This document shows, one piece after another, positions 1-7,756 of a stretch of 64,000 nucleotides of DNA. The stretch is taken from positions 10,335 through 74,334 of the forward strand of contig CADCLG010000020.1 in the NCBI GenBank assembly GCA_902802305.1, in the 5' to 3' direction. How positions within the stretch are numbered: position 1 is the stretch's first letter; each line of letters opens with the position of its first letter. Source of the stretch: an uncultured Spirochaetaceae bacterium. Its GTDB lineage: Bacteria; Spirochaetota; Spirochaetia; Treponematales; Treponemataceae. Position numbers and translations under genes: made by a program. The notes below the pieces were generated by a model. The model ran no database searches, was not told the DNA's origin, and saw nothing but the letters and a program-made list of their open reading frames with translations.

Positions 1-73
1 AAAATAAGAGAAAAATATATTATAAATTATTATAAATATTTACAAAAAGCGGAATATAATAATATAATAAAAT

Positions 74-1453
74 ATGGCAGATTATAAGACTAAAAAGAAT
101 CATTTATCCGCTAAATTAAAGAACGCGCTTATAATGCCTGTTGAGCACAGAAGTTATATTGTTGAACAAAACCTTAAGCGCCTTACATTTTTAAATTGGT
201 TCTTAATTTTTGCCGGCATAATAATGGATTCTTTAATTGTAGCCAACAATTTGTATCAAAATCATAATCAAAAAGTAATAATATATTTCTTTTCAATTCT
301 TACAATTATTTCTGCAATTTCTCTAATCTGGTGCTATTTTTTCAAAAATAAAACAACAATTTCTTCTGATTTAAGAGCAATCGGACATTATATAACTTTT
401 CTTGCTATCATGTGTCTTTGTCTGGTTTCCTTTCTTCATCTTTTTGCAATTTTCAGTGCTTTCATATATTTTATCTGTGCTGTTATTGTTTTTTCCCTTG
501 TTTTTTACATGGAGCCGTTTTTCTTTTCCATTGTTCTGATTTCAATAATCAGTGCAATGATTCCAAAGCTGGTTTCTTCTTTTGGAATTCCAGCTATAAT
601 TGTCGTTATCTTTTTTTCAACAATAATGGTTTTAATTGTTTTTTCAAGATGGAATTCAACAATCAAAATGCTTAACGCCCAGAGTGAACAGAAAAGATAT
701 ACCAGTAATCTAGAAAAAGAAATCACACTAGCTTCATTTGTCCAGAAAAGCTTTTTTACACATAATGTTACAGAATTTGATGGCTGGACCTTGAATTTTT
801 ATTCTGAACCTATGGCTGGCATTTCGGGCGATATGTTTGATATTTACAACACAGATAATAAGCTTGACGGATTAGGCTTGTTCGATGTTTCAGGTCACGG
901 ACTTTCTTCCGGTTTAGTAACTATGCTTGTAAAAAATATAATTTATAAAGAATTCTACAAGCAGAAAGATAAGCCCCTGCAGCAGGTTTTGAATTACATC
1001 AACGACAGAATCATAAGGGAAAAAGGTGACATTGAAAACTTTTTGACAGGAACTCTGGCTCGTATAAACGGGAATAATGTAGAATTTATAAATGCAGGAA
1101 ATCCTCAACCAATAATTTATGTAAAGGAAAAAAATAACGCTTTCTTCTATGAAAACAGCAATCAGAATCATTATGGCGTTATAGGAATGGCAGATTTTCC
1201 TGTAAATTATACTTCAACTGTCATTAAAATGAATTCCGGTGATGAAATCTTGTTTTATACTGATGGAATTACCGAAAACACAAATAAAAGCGGACTTTCA
1301 TACGGAAAAGACCTGCTTCTGGAAACATTTAAAATCAATACTTTTAAAACCTGCAAGGATCAGATTTCTGATTTGATTGCCAACTATAAATCATTCAAAG
1401 GAAATTTCCGTTCTTCTGATGATATAACACTTCTACTTTTGAAGAAGCTCTGA
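74..1453 (+). CDS. Membrane-anchored PP2C/SpoIIE-family serine phosphatase
   Basis: About six N-terminal hydrophobic segments; C-terminal SpoIIE motifs SGDMFD, DVSGHG, INAGNP, FYTDGITE and DDITLLLL. Confidence 0.9.
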   Translation: MADYKTKKNHLSAKLKNALIMPVEHRSYIVEQNLKRLTFLNWFLIFAGIIMDSLIVANNLYQNHNQKVIIYFFSILTIISAISLIWCYFFKNKTTISSDLRAIGHYITFLAIMCLCLVSFLHLFAIFSAFIYFICAVIVFSLVFYMEPFFFSIVLISIISAMIPKLVSSFGIPAIIVVIFFSTIMVLIVFSRWNSTIKMLNAQSEQKRYTSNLEKEITLASFVQKSFFTHNVTEFDGWTLNFYSEPMAGISGDMFDIYNTDNKLDGLGLFDVSGHGLSSGLVTMLVKNIIYKEFYKQKDKPLQQVLNYINDRIIREKGDIENFLTGTLARINGNNVEFINAGNPQPIIYVKEKNNAFFYENSNQNHYGVIGMADFPVNYTSTVIKMNSGDEILFYTDGITENTNKSGLSYGKDLLLETFKINTFKTCKDQISDLIANYKSFKGNFRSSDDITLLLLKKL

Positions 1454-1491
1454 TTCTTTCCTGAAAAAAAACACAATAAGGAGAAATCTCT

Positions 1492-2625
1492 ATGCATGAT
1501 AATCAAAGAAATAAAGGAATTATTAAAACAAGTATAATCGGGATTCTGGCCAATCTCCTGCTTTCAGTTTGTAAAGTTGTAATCGGTCTTTTTTCTCGCT
1601 CTATTGCTATTGTTCTTGATGCCGTAAATAATATTTCTGATGCAGCTTCGTCAATCATCACAATTATTGGCACAAAGCTTGCTGGAAAAGCACCTGATAA
1701 AAAGCATCCTTTTGGTTACGGAAGAATTGAATATCTTAGTGCCATGATTATTTCCCTGATTATTCTTTATGCCGGTATTACATCACTAGTTGAATCTATA
1801 AAAAAAATCATTACTCCCCAGCAGCCTGATTACTCTCTGCTTTCGCTGATTATTATTGCAATCGGTGTATTTGTAAAAATTGTTCTGGGACTTTATGTAA
1901 AAGCAAAAGGAAAAACTTATAATTCAATGTCACTGGAAAACTCAGGAAAAGATGCTCTTCTTGATTCAATTATTTCTGCTTCAACCCTGGTTGCCGCAAT
2001 TATTTTTATGATTTTCGGTATTTCTCTTGAAGCATGGCTTGGTGCAATTATTTCAGTTTTGATTATAAAATCTGGCTGCGAAATGCTTATTGAAACCCTC
2101 TCAGAAATACTGGGAGAAAGAGCAGAAGCTTCTCTCGTAATTGACATAAAAAAAACAATCAAATCATTTGAAAATGTTTACGGTGCCTATGATTTAGTTT
2201 TAAACAATTATGGTCCAGATTCTTTTAATGGTTCGGTTCATATTGAAATCCCGGATACTTATACAGCAGAACAAATTGACAATCTCGCCCGCAATATCCA
2301 GCTGGAAGTTTATAACAAGCACAAGGTTCTTCTTACAGCTATTGGGGTATATGCCTTTAATACCAAATCAACAAAAGCCATTGAAATAAGAAATAATATT
2401 GCAGAGATTGTAAAAAAATATGAAAATGTGCTGCAATTTCATGGCTTTTATGATGATGAAGTTACAAAAACCCTGCGTTTTGATTTGGTGATTAGTTTTG
2501 ATTCAAAAGACCGTCAGAAGGATTTTGAAAATGTAGTCGCAGAAGTTCAGGCAGCCTACCCTGATTACAAGATTCTCGCTGCGATTGATATTGATTATAG
2601 CGAAGTGGCGAAGGCTGAAAGTTGA
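1492..2625 (+). CDS. Cation diffusion facilitator (CDF) family transporter
   Basis: SIAIVLDAVNNISD and APDKKHPFGYGRIEY motifs; six TM segments plus a C-terminal dimerisation domain. Confidence 0.92.
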   Translation: MHDNQRNKGIIKTSIIGILANLLLSVCKVVIGLFSRSIAIVLDAVNNISDAASSIITIIGTKLAGKAPDKKHPFGYGRIEYLSAMIISLIILYAGITSLVESIKKIITPQQPDYSLLSLIIIAIGVFVKIVLGLYVKAKGKTYNSMSLENSGKDALLDSIISASTLVAAIIFMIFGISLEAWLGAIISVLIIKSGCEMLIETLSEILGERAEASLVIDIKKTIKSFENVYGAYDLVLNNYGPDSFNGSVHIEIPDTYTAEQIDNLARNIQLEVYNKHKVLLTAIGVYAFNTKSTKAIEIRNNIAEIVKKYENVLQFHGFYDDEVTKTLRFDLVISFDSKDRQKDFENVVAEVQAAYPDYKILAAIDIDYSEVAKAES

Positions 2626-2657
2626 TTTATATTTATAAGTTTATTTTGCCTTCGCCT

Positions 2658-2683
2658 GCAGTTTGTTGACACAAACTGCGGAC
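2658..2683. repeat. Palindromic REP-like hairpin
   Basis: gcagtttgt-tgac-acaaactgc followed by ggac; shares CAGTTT..AAACTG(C/T)GGAC with the hairpins near 10947 and 11038. Confidence 0.5.
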
Positions 2684-2691
2684 GTGGGTAC

Positions 2692-2738
2692 AAAAAAAAC
2701 CGGTAGATGTAATTCGTACAACTACCGGCTTTTTTTTT
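2692..2738. terminator. Bidirectional intrinsic terminator between the CDF gene and pnp
   Basis: A8-ccggtag...ctaccgg-c-T9 between convergent genes. Confidence 0.85.
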
Positions 2739-2775
2739 GGGGGGTGAAAATTGATTTTTCAAGCCCCAAAATAAC

Positions 2776-4875
2776 TTATCCTTCTATTGCATCAATATAA
2801 GAAAGATTCAATCTGCCCTGTTTGTCAACTTCAAGGAGTTTTACAGGAATTACCTGACCTTCCTTAAGAACATCTGTAACCTTGCTTACTCTCTGTTTAG
2901 AAAGCTTAGAAATGTGACAGAGCCCTTCTTTTCCAGGAAGGATTTCAATAAATGCACCGAACTCCATAATGCGTTTTACAGTACCCTGATAAATTGTTCC
3001 AACCTCAGGATCTTCTGTAATGCCCTTTACAGCCTTTTTAGCTGCTTCAGCATTCATTCCGTTCTTAGCATAAATTGTAACAGTTCCGTCATCTTCAGTG
3101 TTGATTGTTACATCATACTGCTGACACAAAGCTTTTACATTCTTTCCGCCTGGTCCAATTAAAGCACCAATCTTGTCTACTGGAATCTTCATTGTAAGAA
3201 TCTGAGGTGCATTTGCAGCGAGTGGAGCCGGCTTATCGATACATTCCTTCATCTTTCCAAGAATGTAAAGACGACCTGCACGAGCCTGTTCCATAGCCTT
3301 TTTCATGATTTCAGTTGTAACACCGGCAATCTTAATATCCATCTGGAAGCCTGTAATACCATCTTCAGTACCTGCTACCTTAAAGTCCATATCGCCAAGG
3401 TGGTCTTCTTCACCAAGAATATCAGAAAGGATTGCATAACGTCCGTATGGATTGTCTCCTTCTGGCTCTGTGATAAGTCCCATAGCAATACCGGCAACCA
3501 TCTTTTTCATTGGAACACCGGCAGCAAGCATACAAAGTGTACCACCACAAGTAGAAGCCTGTGATGATGAACCGTTTGATTCCATAATTTCGCTTACTAC
3601 ACGGATTGTATAAGGGAACTCTTCGCGGCTTGGAACCATTGCAGCAAGTGAGCGGCGGGCAAGGTTACCGTGACCAATTTCGCGGCGGCCTGTTGTAAGC
3701 TTACCAGTTTCACCAACTGAGTATGGTGGGAAGTTATAGTGAAGAATGAAGTGCTCTGAGCGGTCTCCATCAATATCATCATAAGACTGTTCGTCCATTG
3801 CAGTACCAAGGGTACAAACTGCCAAAGACTGAGTTTCACCACGAGTAAAGAGAGCACTTCCATGTGGAGTTGGCAATACGTTTATTTCGCAAGAAATAGG
3901 ACGGATTTCATCAGTTTTTCGACCATCAATACGCAAACCTTCGTCAAGAATTGATTTGCGCAAAAGCTTGTACTGAATATCATCCATCAAATTACAGAAA
4001 AGCTTTGCCTGAATTGGGTCAGCAAGCTGTTCAGCATATTTTGCAGCCAAATCCTTCTGAACCTGAGCAATAGCCTTACCACGGTTGATTTTGCTGTCTT
4101 TGAAGCAGGCTTCTTTCAAAAGTGGAGTTGCTTCAGCTTCAATTGCTTCTGCATTTTCCAAAGTTACATCAAGAGGATTCAAAGGAAGCTTTTCCTTTCC
4201 AGCCTTCTTAACAAGTTCTTCCTGCAAGAGACACATATCGGTAATAAAGCCCTGAGCTTTTTCCAAAGCGCCAAGCATTACTTCTTCGCTTACCTCATTT
4301 GCACCACCTTCAACCATTGTAAAACCGTCTTTAGTTCCGGCAACAACAATTTCAAGGTCGCCCTTTTCAATCTGTTCAAAAGTTGGGTTGATAATGTATT
4401 CACCATTCATATAACCAATACGACAGGCAGCAACCGGACCGTGGAATGGAATATCAGAAATACAAGTTGCAGCAGATGCGGCAATTACAGCCAAAATATC
4501 CTGAGTGTGAACACCATCGCAAGAAACACAAGTAGGAACAATCTGAAGCTCGTGTCCAAAGCTTGGTTCAAAAAGTGGACGCATTGGGCGGTCAATAAGG
4601 CGGCTAACCAAAATTTCCTTATCCTTAGGACGACCTTCGCGTTTTACAAAGCCACCAGGAATCTTTCCGGCAGCATAAAATTTTTCGTTGTACTCAACAG
4701 TAACAGGCACAAAATCCTGACCTTCTGTTACGCTAGACGAAGCACAAATAGTTGCAATAATAGCTGCTCCGCCCCACTGAGCGTAAACACATCCATTAGC
4801 CTGTTTACCGATTTTTCCTGTTTCAAGGATGAGATCGGCATCTCCAAGTTTGTAGGTTACTCTTTCTACAGACAT
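2776..4875 (-). CDS. pnp: Polyribonucleotide nucleotidyltransferase (PNPase)
   Basis: SRLIDRPMRPLF, FTRGETQ, RREIGHG, SNGSSS and GDMDFKVAGT motifs; KH and S1 domains at the C-terminus. Confidence 0.99.
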   Translation of the reverse strand: MSVERVTYKLGDADLILETGKIGKQANGCVYAQWGGAAIIATICASSSVTEGQDFVPVTVEYNEKFYAAGKIPGGFVKREGRPKDKEILVSRLIDRPMRPLFEPSFGHELQIVPTCVSCDGVHTQDILAVIAASAATCISDIPFHGPVAACRIGYMNGEYIINPTFEQIEKGDLEIVVAGTKDGFTMVEGGANEVSEEVMLGALEKAQGFITDMCLLQEELVKKAGKEKLPLNPLDVTLENAEAIEAEATPLLKEACFKDSKINRGKAIAQVQKDLAAKYAEQLADPIQAKLFCNLMDDIQYKLLRKSILDEGLRIDGRKTDEIRPISCEINVLPTPHGSALFTRGETQSLAVCTLGTAMDEQSYDDIDGDRSEHFILHYNFPPYSVGETGKLTTGRREIGHGNLARRSLAAMVPSREEFPYTIRVVSEIMESNGSSSQASTCGGTLCMLAAGVPMKKMVAGIAMGLITEPEGDNPYGRYAILSDILGEEDHLGDMDFKVAGTEDGITGFQMDIKIAGVTTEIMKKAMEQARAGRLYILGKMKECIDKPAPLAANAPQILTMKIPVDKIGALIGPGGKNVKALCQQYDVTINTEDDGTVTIYAKNGMNAEAAKKAVKGITEDPEVGTIYQGTVKRIMEFGAFIEILPGKEGLCHISKLSKQRVSKVTDVLKEGQVIPVKLLEVDKQGRLNLSYIDAIEG

Positions 4876-5053
4876 AAATTACTCCTACACACGTCACTAC
4901 ATCCGACGCATGTTTTTTTCTATTTATTAGTAAAACTAATATACTTATTTAAGCATCCCTTTTTAGAAAAAAGAGATATTTAATTTTAATCTATTATAGA
5001 ATAATAATCAATTGACCTTATTTGTATTGACCATATCTGCACGATTATACAAA

Positions 5054-5088
5054 AAAAATCCTGTAGAAAACACTTCTACAGGATTTTT
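5054..5088. terminator. Intrinsic terminator downstream of the lipoprotein gene
   Basis: aaaaatcctgtagaa-aacac-ttctacaggattttt, a perfect 15-bp stem with A/T tails. Confidence 0.85.
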
Positions 5089-5112
5089 ACTTCTTTCGTT
5101 ATTATAAATCTA

Positions 5113-5931
5113 TTACAAAGAAGACCATTTATTGTCACCATTCATACAATGCTGTGCATCAGCATCAGTACAAATTACAGTATGTTTTTTTCCACGTTGA
5201 TTAAAATCATTATTCCATCCCCAGCAACGCCATTTTCCTTCAGGTTCAAAGAAAGCACCCATAAATATATCACTTCCTTTAAATTGAGTTTTAATATCCG
5301 TCATTTTATATTTGAATTGATGAGTTTCTCCTTTTTCAAGAACAACATTATCAGTCTTCGCTAAAAATGTATTTGTACTATAATTTTGAATATAATTTGA
5401 AACTATCATTTTTCCAGATGTATTATTCACAATTTCATATATAAAATCATAATCATCTTCGTCCTGTATCAATTCAGCAATACTTATAAAATCCCAAGAG
5501 TTTACACCATCCATACAGTAATTTGGATCTTTAGCGTCAGTAACAATTACAGAATGTTTTTGATTTATGCAATTTAAATCATTCATCCATCCATTACAAC
5601 GCCATTTATTCTCTGGTGCAAAATAACATCCCATCCAGCTGTTGGAACCGTAAAGTTTCTTAAGATTTTTCAGATTATACTTAAACTGATATAATTCACC
5701 TTTTTCAATTACAACATCAGCAGCAGTTCCAATTTCTTTTTGATTTGAATCCATAATATAAGTTGCAACAGTTAGTTTTCCACTTGTATTGTTTACAACC
5801 TCATAAATGAAATTATAATTTTCTTCGGTAGCAGTTATGATTGACTTATCTACTTTTACGTCAGTAGTTGCACAACCAATAGTCATAATCAAGGCTGCAA
5901 GCACAATAGTAACCATAATTAATTTTTTCAT
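5113..5931 (-). CDS. Hypothetical lipoprotein with two tandem homologous domains
   Basis: ATG at 5931 follows a GAGGTG RBS; signal peptide MKKLIMVTIVLAALIMTIG-C; the duplicated module Y(N/D)FIYE(V/I)VNNTSGK...EKGE..QFKY...KWRC.GW.ND...KH.V..TDA...CM.G.N.W occurs twice. Confidence 0.85.
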   Translation of the reverse strand: MKKLIMVTIVLAALIMTIGCATTDVKVDKSIITATEENYNFIYEVVNNTSGKLTVATYIMDSNQKEIGTAADVVIEKGELYQFKYNLKNLKKLYGSNSWMGCYFAPENKWRCNGWMNDLNCINQKHSVIVTDAKDPNYCMDGVNSWDFISIAELIQDEDDYDFIYEIVNNTSGKMIVSNYIQNYSTNTFLAKTDNVVLEKGETHQFKYKMTDIKTQFKGSDIFMGAFFEPEGKWRCWGWNNDFNQRGKKHTVICTDADAQHCMNGDNKWSSL

Positions 5932-5956
5932 AAAAACACCTCTCAATGAATAATTT

Positions 5957-5987
5957 TTTTGTTAACTCCGTCAAGGAGTTAACAAAA
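5957..5987. promoter_or_regulatory. Perfect 13-bp inverted repeat upstream of the lipoprotein gene (operator or 5' hairpin)
   Basis: ttttgttaactcc-gtcaa-ggagttaacaaaa. Confidence 0.5.
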
Positions 5988-6182
5988 TTTATGGTAATAA
6001 ATTTGCGATTTAAAAAAATCTGTCAATCACACAAAAAAAATATAAAATGCACAAAAAAATACGTTTTTTTTCAGAAAATCTACCAAAAAACTTCCTGTTT
6101 TTTCATATTAAAGCAATATTATATGTAGAGAGTTTTTTACTGGACTATGATGTCTTCCAGAATAACACTTGCAAGGCAAAAG

Positions 6183-6557
6183 TCCCGATAAAAATGAAGG
6201 AAAACTTGATATTGTCGGAGAATAAATCTGTATAAAAGCACTTATAAAGTCACACTCCCGACTAAATCAGGTAAAAGGTTAATTTTGTCGGAAGAAAAGG
6301 CAATTTTTTGTGTGTTTAGAGTTACAAAAGATACTGTTCACACGAATAAACTCCGACTAAACGGCAGATTTTGTTAATCTTGTCGGGAGTAAAAAAGCAT
6401 TGTGTGTGTGTTCTGACTTACAACAGAAGCCATCGACACAAATAAACTCCGACAAAACGGAGATATTTTTAATTTAGTCGGGACCTTTACCCAAGAGAGT
6501 CTGTAAAGCCAGAGAAAACCTCCGACTAAAATACAATTTCCAGTAATTAAGTCGGAA
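6183..6557 (+). repeat. Array of five interspaced palindromic units (CCGAC-N23/24-GTCGG)
   Basis: Left arms start at 6185 (CCGAT), 6258, 6353, 6449 and 6522; right-arm GTCGG starts at 6214, 6287, 6382, 6477 and 6551; periods are 73, 95, 96 and 73 bp. Confidence 0.9.
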
Positions 6558-6633
6558 ATAATTAAGAAAAACAGTGGATACACTAAAACTTTATATAAAA
6601 CAGGGACTATAAATTTCCAAAACAGGAGCATTT

Positions 6634-7581
6634 ATGAATTATGAAAAACTTTCACCAAATCTTACTCTTGAAATGCTGGAGAAAAGGCTTATAGAATTGA
6701 AGCTGCTTTTGGAAAAAGCAAAAAGATCTGTAAAAACAAAGCCGCAAGGACATCTTCGGATTTCTCAGAAAGGAAACAGCATAGAATATTACCACATCAC
6801 AAGCTCAGATGAACCTCTTGGGAAATATATTCCTCTAAGTCAAGAAAACCTTGCTCGTCAGCTGGCACAAAAGGATTATGAGAAAAAAGCCCTCAAGCTA
6901 ATAGAAGAAGAAATCAAGGCAATTCAACATTACCTCAAGTTAGTTGGCCAAAATAAAAATGACAACAGAAAAAGCACAGTCATAAGCTCAAATCACACAA
7001 GTCTCTCAAAACTGGCCGAGCTTTATGCAAAAATGAAGCCGGCAAGACAAAGTCTAATAATCCCATTCACACTAACGGATGCTCAGTATGCAGAACAGTG
7101 GCAAAGTGTAACTTGGACCGGACACTCCTTCTCAGAAGAAACACCTGTTTACACTACAGCCCGCGGAGAAAGAGTCCGTTCAAAATCAGAAGTGCTAATT
7201 GCAGATGCTCTGTCCCGCCACAACATTCCCTACCGCTACGAATATCCTCTTCAAGTTCACAAAAAGAGATTTGACACTTGCAATCACAATTATACCGGGC
7301 AAAATCAAAATATTAGCAACAAATCAATCCAAAACATCACTCTTTATCCCGACTTTCTCTGCCTGAATCTGCAAACACGCACTGAGTTTTACTGGGAGCA
7401 TTTTGGGCTAATTGACAAACCAGACTATGCGACAAATGCAGCCGGCAAACTCCGCCTATATGCAGAAAACGGTATCCTCCCCGGCCGCAACCTAATCATA
7501 ACAATGGAAAGCCAGGAAGAACCACTTTCAAGTCAAACCATTGACCAAATGATAAAAGCCTGTCTAAAAAGCAGCTTATAA
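6634..7581 (+). CDS. Hypothetical protein with a C-terminal PD-(D/E)xK / Vsr-like nuclease domain
   Basis: AGGAG RBS; helical N-terminus; C-terminal GERVRSKSEVLIADAL..IPYRYE..YPDF..YWEHFG pattern typical of restriction-endonuclease-fold domains. Confidence 0.75.
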   Translation: MNYEKLSPNLTLEMLEKRLIELKLLLEKAKRSVKTKPQGHLRISQKGNSIEYYHITSSDEPLGKYIPLSQENLARQLAQKDYEKKALKLIEEEIKAIQHYLKLVGQNKNDNRKSTVISSNHTSLSKLAELYAKMKPARQSLIIPFTLTDAQYAEQWQSVTWTGHSFSEETPVYTTARGERVRSKSEVLIADALSRHNIPYRYEYPLQVHKKRFDTCNHNYTGQNQNISNKSIQNITLYPDFLCLNLQTRTEFYWEHFGLIDKPDYATNAAGKLRLYAENGILPGRNLIITMESQEEPLSSQTIDQMIKACLKSSL

Positions 7582-7653
7582 CAAGTTTTATGAAAAATAG
7601 CTTCACTTGCTGGTATAAGCAATTCTTGTTCACAAATTGCAAAATTTAAGGGC

Positions 7654-7692
7654 TACATAACCACTTTACATAACCACTATACATTTCCACTG
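7654..7692. repeat. 3 x 13-bp tandem repeat
   Basis: tacataaccactt / tacataaccacta / tacatttccactg. Confidence 0.75.
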
Positions 7693-7756
7693 TATAGAAA
7701 AAAATAGTCAATCCAAACTTTTTATGAGAAGTTTTTTTATAAGAAGATTTTAAGAA

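Noticed and set aside
6183..6557. Canonical CRISPR array
   Set aside because: Units vary internally, linkers come in two lengths and two are homologous to each other, and there are no cas genes in the window; reported as a non-CRISPR array instead
5946..6631. Short ORFs 5946-6128, 6047-6235 and 6374-6631
   Set aside because: No recognisable protein features or RBS; they overlap the AT-rich leader and the repeat array, whose periods of 73 and 95 bp are not multiples of three
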